Shown piece by piece: positions 11,735 through 24,589 of a DNA stretch of 64,000 nucleotides (the first letter of the stretch is position 1; every line of letters begins with the position of its first letter). The notes beneath the pieces were generated by a model. That model had not been told where the DNA came from, searched no databases, and saw only the letters and a list, made by a program, of their open reading frames with translations. Source of the stretch: Callorhinchus milii (Eukaryota). Both the position numbers and the translations under genes were made by a program. The stretch is from the NCBI RefSeq assembly GCF_018977255.1, contig NW_024704742.1:103542001-103606000 (forward strand), given 5' to 3'.

Positions 11735-12097
11735 GATCAATTTCAAGATCCTCTCATTCATTTTCAATTCCCTTCATGCCCTAGCATCTCCCTACCTATC
11801 CAAACTGCTTTCCCACCCTCACCCCCAGTCCACCACCCGATGCTTCCACTTGGCTAGCTCCGGCCTCCTGTTTGTCTCTCGTCCCCTCCCCTCCACCATC
11901 GGTCGCCTTGCCTTCAGCCACTTCGCCCCCAAACTCTGGAACTCTCCCTCAATCCGTTCGTCTTGCCCCTTCCCTCCACACCTTCAAATCCCATCTGAAG
12001 ATCATGCTTACGGTTACCTCACCCCACTCTCTCTCTCGCTGGCTCGGCTGTCAAGCGCTACCCTGCGTGAAGGGCGGTATATAAATGCAAATTGTTG
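11735..12097 (+). mobile_element. L2 LINE 3' fragment
   Basis: INFKILSFIFNSLHALASPYLS..GRLAFSHFAPKLWNS; GCTACCCTGCGTGAAGGGCGGTATATAAATGCAAATTGTTG tail. Confidence 0.88.
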
Positions 12098-13226
12098 TGC
12101 ATTTGCAATCAAACACGCAGCTAATTTGCACACAGTAATCTCTCAGAAACTACAATAAAGTTTGTTGTTTAACATTTCCTTTGCAATTGATCAGCAGGAC
12201 CGTTGGCTAGGATAAATCCCTTTTTTTATCAAATTGTGTTACATTATTGGAGGCAGAATACTTCAAAGATAAACAGTGCCACTTTAAAATATAAACCCTG
12301 TTAATAATAGAAGTCCACTGCTTCATTATAGACTTTAGTAATTGCTTAGAGGACACAGCCCATCTCTGCACAGTTCCAAAGAAGGGGCAAACATTTTCAT
12401 TCCCACCTTCTAATCTTAAAACTTTAGTTCTACCCGTTATTGTTGTGTGCCTGAATGATACACATTTTAAGTGAAACCTCCCTTCATGTTTTGGGGAGAG
12501 AACATGTGTTCAGTTTGCAAATTTGCCTTTAGTAAATGCATTATATGCCCCAGTCCAGGCTTTACACTGTCAGATAACCTGCATAGGAAAATCAGCAATA
12601 CCAAGCTTTATTTAGATTACAGATGAGGTTGCAACCTCTGCTTGGGAATCTTTAGATGACTGATAATTAAAGTAATCTTTTGAAGTAAGAATACATACAT
12701 TTTTAATTTATCTTCTATTCTTTGAGTTACTGCAAAACGCACCCCAACCTTTAAAGATTTATTCATTCTGTATATCAGACCAAACACAATTTTACAATTC
12801 AGATTCGGTGTCTTTCATCTGCAGCATATCATTGAAACACCCAGACAGAAACCTAATAGCATTAAACCAGCATTCACATTGCTTGTGAAAAATCTCATCC
12901 TTCGGGGTCTTGAGCAAAACCCCCCAGTTGCTGAACTGCTGAAGAAATAATAGAAGAAAGACCTCTCTTCGCTGAGCGACATGTTGAACAAATACAAAAA
13001 TTCTGAATGAACAAATCCAAGATTCCCTTGGTTAATTAGCAAGGCAAAGATTTATATATTAAATAATTATTACATATTTGGCATATTACTATTATTATTG
13101 CTATGAAAGGTAAATTATAACAACTTGCAGTTATGTAGTGCTCTTCACACAGGGTAGTGTCTCAGAGTGCTTATAACACACATTTAATCTTTCTCATTCT
13201 CACCCAGCAGTCAGTTATAGAAAAGG

Positions 13227-13411
13227 TAAAGGCAAAGTATTGCAGATGCTGGAAATTTGGTATAAACACAGAAGTGACTGGGAATACACAGCAGAACTGG
13301 CAAAAGGTCTGTTCTGATGAAAGATTATTGACCTGAAATGTTAACTAATTTTCCTCTCTCTATGGATGCTGCCTGTCCTGCTGCATGTTCCCAGTGACTT
13401 CTGTATTTATA
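13227..13411 (+). mobile_element. Penelope-like element-derived inverted-repeat unit with degenerate hammerhead motif
   Basis: Inverted arms 13261-13294 / 13378-13411; CTGATGA (13314-13320) ... GACCT GAAA TGTTAAC core; CAGATGCTGGAAA and GATGCTGCC..CCTGCTG segments as in shark PLE-derived repeats (from memory); flanking direct repeat TTATAGAAAAGG. Confidence 0.7.
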
Positions 13412-14887
13412 GAAAAGGCAAGTTGTTTTTATTACTTTAAGAATTTTAAGGCAAAATTTATGTTAACTTGTGAATAAACTCCAACTATAAATCAAAGACT
13501 ATTACTACATCATCTGTCTGTTCTGATGCATCATTGAACCTTTGAACCATGATTCATTCTTTGATTCGGATTCAATCTTATTACCATGGCATAATTTTCT
13601 ATATGGCTGTTCCCTATGAATCAGGGAAAATTGTCCACAAAATCTATGACAAAGTGATTTGTGTTCCTGCTTCCAAGCATTTGTACTAATGTACGGGATT
13701 AGTTTAGGGTTGTAAATCAGGGATCATGTCAAAAAGTTTCATGCATGAATGGAGACAATCTCCACTTTACCCTGCCACCCTGTCGTGAACATGTCAGTTT
13801 GTCCACTGATGAGTATAATGATTAGTGCGTTGCACGTTGTGTGGTCTTTATTCATTAATAAAGTCCAAACCAGGTTAAATCCAAATATTTGCTGTTAGTG
13901 CCATATATTAACCAAATTCTAAAACCAATGACATTCCTCTAGGGCTTGGAACAAAAAGCATTCCTTTTACTATTATTTTAGCAAAAGGGAAAATTATTGT
14001 GAGATAAAAGGAATGTTCGAGTCTGTGATGTTTGCAATTAAATGTTAAATAATGTAAAACATATTTCCACAGTGCATCTACTTTTAAACCAAGGATTTGT
14101 ATTTTCTTTCCTTTTCTGAAGGAATCTGAAATACCTCTTTTTAAGTAGTTTTCCCAATATCATATGCACATAGGGGTGAAAAATGAAATTCTTCTGAACA
14201 GATTCAATATGTCACATGTTTGTTAAGAAACATCATTTTTTTTCATCTATTTTTTGTTTAATGCCACTTCATAGCACAACAGCACAATCCAATCTGAGAA
14301 TGGTGCCGAGTGCATCTCCTTTCTCCACTTGAAGTGCTGCTATCAAATTCGTAGTCAGAATGATTTGCAATTTGGAAAGATGATAGGGTAGACATGCAGA
14401 AAGAATGAAGTCAGTATGCACTGAAAGACCATTTTCATCCAAACCTCTTATGATCTTGTGAACTACATTGTATCTGTCTTCCTTTGGCAGCAATGAGCTT
14501 GCATGGTCAGAGTGAATTTTTATCCTGTCTAACTTTTTGTAAAGAGTCCATTTAAAAATATTATCATAGCACAGAGTGCTGAACCACATGGAATGTTTCA
14601 ATGGAAGAACAGTCATCAGAAATATATAATGGGTACAGCTGATATATGTATAGTTCATATAAATATCACTGATGTATTTTTGCCACAGTTCCTTTATATG
14701 GAAAAGATGACTCAATAAATGATATTCACCTTAACACTGACTTTACAGTTGTCACTGATTTTAAAAACTGAGGATGATGTGTTAACTCATATCCATTGTG
14801 TTAAATGTCACCTGGCCTGCGAGTGTGGTGTAGGTGGATCCCAGCCTCTGTCAATGTTCACAAGTTTACAGCAATGGCATTGGGTTG

Positions 14888-15012
14888 CATAGGAACATAG
14901 GAACATAGAAACAGGAGTTGGCCATTCAGCCCTTCGAGCCTGTTCTGCCATTCTATTAGATCAAGGCTGATCTGTACCTCAACTACAAATACCTGTCTTT
15001 GCCCCATATCCA
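14888..15012 (-). mobile_element. CR1-type 3' end
   Basis: (CATAGGAA)n tail followed by ACAGGAGTTGGCCATTCAGCCCTTCGAGCCTGTTCTGCCATTC; similar copy at 62918-63000. Confidence 0.75.
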
Positions 15013-15049
15013 TTGTTGCTTATTAGAAGGATACCACATCAAAGGATCG

Positions 15050-15240
15050 CATTGGTAACACCCTGACCACTGAGTCAGGAGGATGTGAGTTCAACCTCCA
15101 TATCACGACTTGAGCTCATAGTCTAGGTTGGTACCTCGATGCACTGTTGGAAGCATTGTCATTCAGATGAGATGAATATTTAAAATCCCATGACACAATT
15201 TGAGAAATAAAGGGAATTTCTCCTGGTGTTCTTGCCAGCA
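15050..15240 (+). mobile_element. DeuSINE fragment
   Basis: CTGAGTCAGGAGG..GAGTTCAA head; GCACTGTTGGAAG..CAGATGAGA..AAAATCCCATGACAC..TCTCCTGGTGTTCTTGCCAGC Deu-like domain. Confidence 0.6.
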
Positions 15241-15984
15241 AGCTTTCACTGCCAAGATCCACAAGCTGGGAGCTAGCCTCTTGCATACCCGAAGATCAGT
15301 CAATAATGAACATACGGACTGCTCTCTTTTTTAAATAAATGTATTAATTAGCAGCAAAAGGGAAATTTGTGGCATATGTGGGACACATCCAGCAAGTATT
15401 ACCATATCTCTTAAGCATGGTTTTCTTCATGTGTTATGTTTATTTGGTCCTTGGTGACCAAATAAAAAAACCACACATCACAAATTTCACCCCGTTAATT
15501 TAACACCTGATAGAAAATACCTGTTGAAAAGAACATGTTTCACATGAATAGTCAATAGTAGCAATGAATTGTGGATGAATATTAAGTTCCTTGCACAAGA
15601 TGCACTTTACACCCTTGGCTGCTTTGCCAGTGCTTACACTATTTTATCTAACTGAGCTCTGTTTCTTGTTTTCCCAATGTAATACATAAGCAGTTCAGGT
15701 TTAAAATGTTTGTAATCTGTGTGAAATTCTTTTCTAATTGGCTGTGTGCCATGTATACCACTGTAAACAATGCTCATGGGCAATCGGACAATGCTAATAT
15801 TCTGACATTCAAGCTTCCGCTAATGAAGACTCTGTGAGCTAGAATAAAACAGACATGTTATTGTAAGATTGCCTCAATCAATGTGTCTGCTCAATCAGAT
15901 CAATTTAACTGTTGAAGAACTCAAGCGTAATATTGTAAAAACTTCTTGGCATTTAAAGCTTGCATCGTAGTTACTCATATCCCT

Positions 15985-16262
15985 AGAACATAAGAATTTG
16001 TAGGCAAAAGAAGATCAAGGTCCATCCATGCCGCTTGACATGTAGTGTACCAAACTATATATTATATCCCGAGATATTATTTTCGAACAGAAATCTATCT
16101 AATTTGTTCTTGAAAGAATCAACACATTCTGCTTCCACTGTCTCCCTAGGAAGCCTGTTCCATATGTTTACTACTCGCTCAGTGAAGTCGTGTTTCCGCA
16201 GATTTGTTCTGCCCCTCTTCAATAGGCCATGTCCTCTGGTTCTATTGTTCAGTACAAGATAA
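15985..16262 (-). mobile_element. CR1 LINE 3' end
   Basis: ORF 16055-16342 contains TRGH..FTERVVNIWNRLP..VEAECVDSFKNKLDRFL, the CR1 ORF2 C-terminus. Confidence 0.88.
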
Positions 16263-16754
16263 AACATCCCTCCATCAGATATGATGGTAATTATAAGGTC
16301 AGTCACGCATATGATAAAAAGGAAAATAAAGATGTTAGTCAATGCAAATAGGGGGATGCTAATCTGATTTATCTCGCCATCCAGATATTATCTAGACAAT
16401 AAGTACCTTGGTTATTGAACAAATATCAATGTCACATTTCATAAGTTAGTAAAATCTACCACCCCAAAAACAACTTTATATATAGTAACATTTGGCAATT
16501 CATTGCTGTATCTCAAATGAAAATGCATGTGCCATGAAATGTCACTGGCATAGAATGGGGGAAGAAGACAACAGCAGCCATGATCTTTCCAAGATCAAAT
16601 TCATATAGATTCTTGTCAAATGCTTCACTGTGTTATTTTACATTCACAGCAACAAGCAATGCATGGACAAATAGCTGTGAAGTGAAACAGCAACTAATTT
16701 GGAGGATTCTTGGCCAGGACTGAAGGAGAAACCCTCTTTTCATAATAATATAAA

Positions 16755-16990
16755 AATAATCCTTGCATTTGATAAAGTACCTATAAAATTGAGAATATCT
16801 CAAAGCTCTTCATCAAGTATCTGGGAAGTGTAGTGACTGGATATCAGTAGACAAACTTTGAGTGTCATGGGATCTATAAAATCTACTTGAAGAATTTAAT
16901 AATTCACCTGAAGGATGGCACCTTCGACAATGTAATGCTCCCTCAGAACCACACTGAATAGCACCCTAGACTAGGAGTTGAAATCCCGGA
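16755..16990 (-). mobile_element. DeuSINE fragment
   Basis: TAATCCTTGCATTTG tail plus GGATGGCACCTTCGACAATG..GCTCCCTCAG..CACTG (reverse-complement Deu domain). Confidence 0.55.
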
Positions 16991-17567
16991 GATGTCTTCT
17001 GTTCGCTCCAATTGACCTTCACGAAGGTGAAAAGACAAGTGCAAACACCCATTAGAATGAGAGTAAATTGTAGTTTATTAATTGGCAGAATAATCATATA
17101 AGCATTGGATTTTCAACATATTTAAAATGAAATAAGATTATGTCATGGAACACAAACAGTACAAAACAATTTTTTTGTAAATTACTGCGCTTTTCTACAT
17201 AAAAAACAATTGTAACTGTACCTGTGATTCTGAATCCAATGTAGCATCATTACGGGAAGTAGAGAGATTTGCTTTCAAACTGTTATCTTTCTCACTCTCG
17301 CCATCTCTTGTTTCTCTTTGAAGTAGTCATGCAACAATCCACAAGCCATCCCCAACAAATAGAATTTCCAAATATGTCTTCTACATTAAACTTATTTTCA
17401 CTTCAAAGCTTTTTACTATAACCCCATTTCTACTATGATTACAGAACATCACAATGCAGAACTCTCTTTAAAAGATTATAAAACTAAATAAGCCCTGAAA
17501 TTCTCCCCTTCTATTTCCTTCTTTTACTTTGTCACCCTTTTGAGTTAATTTTACTCCAGACATTGTG

Positions 17568-18046
17568 TGTCTCCACTGGCTCCCCATCCCCCAGAGGATC
17601 GAATTCAAGATCCTCATCCTCACCTATAAGGCCATTCAAGGCCTCGCTCCCTCCTACCTCTCTGACCTACTATCCCCCTACCTACCTGCCCGTACCCTCC
17701 GTTCCTCTGGCTCCGGTCTGCTCCACATCCCCCGCCGCAACCGCCCTACCATCGGTGGTCGGGCCTTCAGCCTCTCAGCCCCGAGGCTCTAGAACTCCAT
17801 CCCCCAGTGCCTTCGCCGCCTCCTCCCTTTCCTCCTTCAAGGCCGGTCTCAAAACCTTTCTCTTTGACCGAGCCTTCAGCTCCCCTCTCGACTCTCTACC
17901 CCCTCCTCGCTCCCTCCCTTCCCTCCCCTCACCCTGACCATTTCCCCCAAAGCTCGGGTCCCGACCCAACTGTCCAGCGCCGTGGGACGTCCTCCCGACG
18001 TGAAAGGCGCTCTATAAATGCAATCTTGTTGTTGTTGTTGTTGTTG
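17568..18046 (+). mobile_element. Young L2 3' fragment
   Basis: [63 protein letters not shown] plus (TTG)n; highly similar to 23549-23998 and 41675-42252. Confidence 0.94.
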
Positions 18047-19841
18047 TCTTCATGTTATAAAAATGCATTACATGTTCCCAGCTCTTAAAGGCAATGTTCC
18101 TCTTAAGGTACCCTTTAGCCATGCAACACAAAAAAGAAAAATTTAGCTTTTCTTTTTAAATATGGGGTAATAACATTTCTTCTAAATGCCAGATCGCCAT
18201 TATTCCATCCTAATTGGTTTATTCCACCCCTCCCCCACCCAACTTGCTCTTATGCCAAATTAATGTACCAGCATGTCTTGCTGTAAGATTAATGCATTAG
18301 CATCTGGATGAAAGTGGAAAATATATTTTTTTAATTATTCTGGCTTCTCATACAAAAAGGATATTGGTTTGAAAAATGTGATGTTTCATAACTGAAATCA
18401 ATGTGATAATCATCCATCACTAAACATCGTATTTTTCACCCATGGTTATAAAATTTGGGATCAAATTCAAAAATCGTATTAATTCATTCATCATATTGTT
18501 CTGGTGAGAAATTGTTTCCTCAATAGGTACTTTTTCCTCACCAAAACTGTGGTGAGGACCCATTTTCAAATCCCAGTTCCAGAAACTAACTCAATTCAGT
18601 TATCAATCCCACTTTTCTGTTTACCTTTGTAACAATGATGAAAACAAAATGTTATGTTGCTTTGTGTCTTGACCCTTGATTGTCCAGGACCTTGAGATGA
18701 CCTTCCGATGTGAAAGGCACAATACAAATGTAATTTGCTGTTGTTGTCTCTGTAACTCCTCAGATGCAAACATTGCCTGACTTCTGATTGTCCAGAGCTT
18801 CACATGATTCTTCTAAATGTAACATAATGCCACAAGAAATAATATTGCCTCCAATTTTCTCCTGAAGAGACAGTAATTCAAAGCCAGCTTCAATGAAATG
18901 TTAAAATACCATAAAAAGTACATCACAACATTTCAGATATGTTGCCCCAGTGCAGAGAAGTATCAAGAAATATATCACTCATGACGTTGACCTTGGTCCA
19001 ACCTTTTCCTTTTCCATATGGTGCGTCCTTTGTGGGACTGATAATGAAATTGAGTTAGCTTCTGGAACGAATCCAACATTGATCTCAGCATTGGTCCACA
19101 GACACCACGCTACCATCTGCAAGAAGAAAGAATTTATCACATTACTGTTCTTAGATCCCACATTCCATCTGCAGGAAGAGATAGGTCTCACAAGAAACTA
19201 AAAATCAATGTAAAATGTAGATTTTTAATCATTAAAGGATGTTTGATTTGGTGGCATAAAGCTTTAAAGCCCTTTCTTATTTAGGAGAGGAGTCAGGCCT
19301 GGGGGTTATTCTCATTATGATGACTACAAATCAGTTGTCTAGAATCCCTAGATGATGCCTTTGAGTGCAAAATGTGACTTAAGGGTTGGAAAAGGTCAAG
19401 GAAATCGGTATGTAACTAATGTCTCACATTGAAAACAAGCTTAAACTAGGCGAAATGTTCTCAGTTACATTATTTATGTTTCACCAAGTTATCCAGGGTT
19501 TTAGGACTAGCTCAAACTTATCTGAAGCTTTAATGAAAAAAATCTTTAACAAGTAACATTTTCACCTTGGCAACTGTAATATTGATCAGCTAGAAAACGA
19601 ATACAGGTAATATCTGGGGCACATTCTCAGATCCACATAAGCTTTGTTCAAAAATCTCAATGGGTAAAAGACTAATACGTGTGGACTTCATTTTGTGAAT
19701 AAACACAGAAAAAAGGGTGTGATGTGGGTGAGGTATAAAGTTCAATATCTTGTCCTGGTATTGTAGCTAATAATCTTGGAAAACTTCTGGTCAGTTTAAT
19801 TTGGACTGAAATTCAAAGCTGAGAATTTGATTCTTTGTGTT

Positions 19842-20158
19842 ATAATAATAATAATAATCCTTGCATTTGATATAGCACTTTTCACGTCTTCTCAACGTCT
19901 CAAAGCACTTCACAGAATAGACTGTAAAGTGAATTGACCGTATATTTGTGGGCGAACGCTGCAGCCAATTGTGCACAGCAGTGTCCCACAAACAATCGTG
20001 GATTGAAAATGACCAATTTATTATTGTTTTGTTTTTGGAGGGATTATTATTAGGCGTGTGGAGCAAGGAAACTTGCCCAAGGTTTCACCCTGCCTGGAAT
20101 TGAACCCAGGTGTCTCGCTTGCAAGACGAGTGCTCTAACCACTGAGCTACAGACTTCA
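19842..20158 (-). mobile_element. tRNA-Ala CORE-type SINE, short form, full length
   Basis: Head TGTAGCTCAGTGGTTAGAGCACTCG..GGGTTCAATTCC through to (TTA)n tail. Confidence 0.93.
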
Positions 20159-20684
20159 CATTCCCTCGTGCATTCATATCATGGGTCTAAATGCCGTTCT
20201 GTTCAAGGACCCAGAGGTAAATGGGCTGGAGAATGAATTTGCTTCAGTCATGTACAAGTAATGAAACGAAAACCAGAATGCTCACTGGGAGCTGTCTACA
20301 TACATTAGTTAAAAAAACTGCATTCATTTCTCATTCATGCTCATGGACTTTACTTTAGTGTTTTCTTCTCTTTGATTTTAAATTGAGATTAATTCAATCA
20401 GTCCCTGGTAGCTGGCTTGGCAGGGAGGTAGTGTAACATCCATTTGCAGGCTTGGCGAGGGTGAGAGTGGAGAGGGAGAGTCATTGTAATCCCTAAATAT
20501 TGGCTCATGAATTCTCATCCAATTTGAAAAATAATTTGTTTTCATCTATTGAATCCAATCTACAAACAACAGTATACTCCACTTTTATTCAGCAGATTTC
20601 TGCTTCATCCCCCAAGTAGAAAGAATGCATAATTTCTCACAAGGCCTTTTCTGTCTATGTTTTACTTATAAACTATTTCCCAGC

Positions 20685-20940
20685 TTGGCTCAGTTTATTA
20701 GTTCTCTCATCTCTGCCTCAGAAGATTGAGGTTCAAGCCTCATGTTGGAAAATGAGTTCACAGTTGAGGTTGACAGTAGAAGCAGCACTGGGGAAGCTCT
20801 GCATTGATGGAAGTGCAATTCTTCAGAAGAGATGTTAAACTTTGGGCCTGTCTGCATGTTCAGGTGCACATTGAAAATCCCATGACAGGATTTGAAAGGA
20901 AAAAGGATTTTTTCTTGATGTGCAGGCCAACAACAAACCT
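20685..20940 (+). mobile_element. DeuSINE fragment
   Basis: TGGCTCAGTT..TCAGAAG..GGTTCAAGCC head; GCATTGATGGAAGTGC..GAGATGTTAAAC..GTCTGC.TGTTCAGGTG..AAAATCCCATG Deu-like domain. Confidence 0.6.
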
Positions 20941-22581
20941 CCAGGAAATATTTGTCATAACTATCCATTGGATCTTGTTGTATAAAGAATGGATATTGCA
21001 TCTGCCTACAAAAAAAATACCCATGAGAGTAACTATTGTAAAACACTTTGAGAAAAGAATGATAAAATGCTATAAAAATACAAGTTCTTTCTTCGATCCT
21101 CTTTTTTTAATACAAAAGCCATTAATAACATGTTGCCAACAATTCTCCCAGATCAATTTGGTCATTCATTTCCTGCCGCATGCGTCCTCAAAAATACAGT
21201 CACTACGCTTTACAGTGAAACCTGTGAAGTGCTTTGAGACATTTCCAATGTGAAAAACATTACAATGGCACCAATGCCTAATTGCATTTAAAACTGGCAT
21301 TCTGGTGCCAGATTAGCAATTGCACATTCCACCACTTTGCTCACCAAGGAGGCGGGGGACTAATTTGCAAGTTGCATCAACAATATGTAAACACATGTGT
21401 ACAGAGAAAACTCCATGTGTTTACACTTACAAGTAATAAACAATGAAAAGAATTACAGAATCACCTGCTATTTCCTCTGTGTAATTGTATTTGTACATCG
21501 ATAACACAACCATAAAGTTAGACCCAAGAATTATGATACAAAAACAGCAGCATAATTCTGTGCAGGTGATTTCCGTTGCTTAAATGCAGGCCCACAGCAC
21601 AACTGTGAATTAAAGTTGTGTGTTAATTTGGTGTAACATAGAGTTTAAGAGCAGCAACCTGTTGGTATTTATATGGATTGTAATGTACTGAGTGCCCCAG
21701 AGTCATTTGCGGCTCATCCTAAATAATTAATATTTCTGTCTTGAAAGGTCAGCTGGATGATGAGTTTGATGCTAAGTTGAATAATTCTGCTCTTGGCACT
21801 GTTTAATACGCTGAGAGACTAATATGTTCCGACTGTGAAAGAACTTCTGTCACAACAAGAATCTGCACACCAGCCGCTCTAAACACCTGAAGCACCAGAT
21901 TTTTGGGGAGGAAAAAGTAGGCACATATGTCACAAACAAGCAAGAGCTCAGTATTTGTAGCAATATAATTGAATTAACCTTCAGTTAAGAGTGGGTTGTA
22001 TTTGTTTAGAAGTTTTTCTTTCTATCATTCTATGCATTTCTAGATATTTTGTGTGTTTGTGACATTTTTGGACTGTCAGCAACACTTTCGCATCAGGCTT
22101 TTTTTTCTTTTCTGCTTTGTAAATTTTTAAAACATATTTGGCAATTTTGTTTTTAGTTATCAATGTGTCAGATGATTGAAGTTTTGTCCATATATGTAAA
22201 GTTAAGTGATGAGACTCGATTTATTCCCTATGTATGCGTCACTTTTCATGTTACATGGGCACTTTACCATTTCAGACAGCCAAGATCAGTATTGGGTTCA
22301 GACAGTTTAGGTATAGCACAGCCAGCTAACTACACAATTCAAGCTCCCTCTACTCTGTTTTTCATCTGAGAAGCGTATCAATGACTGTTGTCATCATTAG
22401 CTGTAAAACCAGTCCTCCGATTTAATTTTCAGTCAATGTGAAGTGATTTTAAAGGACTGTCTAATGATCACAAGATGACAAGGGAGAGAAGGGCCCTTTG
22501 GCCCATTTGATTTCATCCTTCTAGAATACCTACTCTGCTCTTTTCCAATTGCAACACTGAGCTATTCTTAAATGAGTCACA

Positions 22582-22990
22582 CCAGTCCTTGCCAAGCTCC
22601 ACTGGCTCCCAATCACCGAGTGGATCGACTTCGAGATCCTTTCACTCATTTTCAAATCACTTAATTCCCTTGCGCCTCCCTACCTATCCGATCTGCTTAC
22701 CCTCCACTCCACCACCCGCTGCCTCCGCTCGGCTGGTTCTGGCCTCTTATTTGTCCCTCGTGCCCTCCGTGCGTTCAGCCACTACGCCTCGAAACTCTGG
22801 AACTCTCTTGTCCCATCCCTTCCTACCTTCAAATCCCTGCTAAAGATCTTCCTTTTTGATTGTGCTTACAGTCACCTCGCTCCTCCCTCTCCCCTTGGCT
22901 CGTTGTCAGACTCTGCCACTGTGAAGCGCTTTGGGATGTTACCCCAAGTGAAGGCTGTTACATAAATGCAAGTTGTTGTTTGTTGTTGTT
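22582..22990 (+). mobile_element. L2 LINE 3' fragment
   Basis: CTCCACTGGCTCCCAATC..GACTTCGAGATC (LHWLPI..DF.I) and ATAAATGCAAGTTGTTG tail. Confidence 0.88.
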
Positions 22991-23548
22991 GAGTCCAGGG
23001 TCCTGGCCTCCACCGCCCTTCCTGGTCACCTGTTCCAGTTGCTATTTATCTTCTGGATAAAGGAAGATTTTCTAGTGTGTGTCCTGAAACTGCCCTTCAA
23101 AATTGCCCTGAATCAGTGTGACTTCTTGTCCTGTTGCTTTGTCGTATCTGCAAATATTGTTCTCTGTTTATAAATCTCTATAAGATCTCAAAGAAAAAAT
23201 TAAACTTAGAACGGCAGAATTTTTTAAAAGAATGCAATAGAAACAAAATAGAAAGAAGATGTAAAAATAAAGTTAAAACTAAAAAAAGCACAAAGAGAAT
23301 GGGAATAGAAAACAGAAGAAAGGATGTAAGAGGACAAGCACTTGTAAAGTATTTATAATGTTTATATTTAAATATAGAGAGTAGTGATTGGAGTTATGGA
23401 AAAATAATCGTGCTATCCAACCATGCTTAAGCAAAAATATCCTTACATTTTGATACAACTGTAGCACCTTTCACATCAGGAGTACATCTCCAACTCAACC
23501 TGCTCGTCTGTGTTTCACACCATTCATGCTTCCTGTCAGTGGGCTATC

Positions 23549-23998
23549 AACAACAAGACAACAACAAGATTCCATTTATAGAGCGCCTTTCACGTCAGGA
23601 GGACGTCCCAAGGCACTGGACAGTTGGGTCGGGACCCGAACAGGGGGGAAATGGTCAGGGTGAGGGGAGGGAAGGGAGGGAGTGAGGAGGGGGTAGAGAG
23701 TCGAGAGGGGAGCTGAAGGCACAGTCAAAGAGAAAGGTCTTGAGACCGGCCTTGAAGGAGGAAAGGGAGGAGACGGTGAAGGCACTGGGGGATGGAGTTC
23801 CAGAGCCTGGGGGCTGAGAGGCTGAAGGCCCGGCCACCGATGGTAGGGCGGTTGGGGCGGGGGATGTGGAGCAGACCGGAGCCAGAGGAATGGAGGGTAC
23901 GGGCAGGTAGAGGGGGATTGTAGGTCAGAGAGGTAGGAGGGAGCAAGGCCGTGAATGGCCTTGTAGGTGAGGATGAGGATCTTGAATTCGATCCTCTC
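23549..23998 (-). mobile_element. Young L2 3' fragment
   Basis: RIEFKILILTYKAIHGLAPSYLSDL; same 3' UTR and tail as the 17568 copy. Confidence 0.94.
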
Positions 23999-24276
23999 AG
24001 TCAACACCCCCACCTCCCGGCCATGCTACAGTGGTTTAGGTTTAATATTATAGTGCTATAGCCTTCCTGATGTTCTCATAGCTTCTGTTTGTGTAATATC
24101 TCAATATCGCAATGAACTGAAAATAAAATGAAAAGCAATTCAAAACAGAAGAAAGAAATATGAAAAGGTTGAACAAATTTCTAAATTAAATCTAAAGGGA
24201 TCAAAGGAAACTAATGAGAAAGAGATAAAAAAACACACAGTAAGACAGTAAGAGTTACATTCCGTGAGAAGCTTAT

Positions 24277-24450
24277 AATAAGAATCCCTGCATTTGATAT
24301 AGCACCTAATCACGTCTTTGAGACGTCTCAAAGCGCTTCACAGAATATACTGTAAAGTGAATTGACTGTACATTTTGTGGGCGAATCGCAGCAGCCATTG
24401 TGCACAGCAGTGTCCCACAAATAGTCGTGGATTGAAGTGACCAATTTATT
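24277..24450 (-). mobile_element. tRNA-Ala CORE-type SINE, 3' fragment
   Basis: Body and tail match the other copies. Confidence 0.85.
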
Positions 24451-24589
24451 TTACCTTCTCCTCTATAAATTTCCCTGTCCCCAACTTTACAGAAGTATTC
24501 TGTACTATATCAGTGTGACACTGTTTTCTTCTCCAGCTATCCTTATGGCTTCTCTATGCAAGATTATTCATATTAGTCATTATCCGCTA

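Noticed and set aside
12825..12950. Plus-strand acceptor followed by a 41-codon frame (HIIETP..ELLKK*)
   Set aside because: No recognisable protein and no supporting upstream exons; compatible with chance.
14269..14715. 148-aa minus-strand ORF in unique sequence
   Set aside because: Non-ATG start, no recognisable domain, composition typical of AT-rich non-coding DNA; one ORF of this length in 64 kb is plausible by chance.
17222..17330. Minus-strand frame LLQRETRDGESEK..DSESQ ending at CAG|GTACAG
   Set aside because: In-frame stop immediately upstream and no convincing acceptor.
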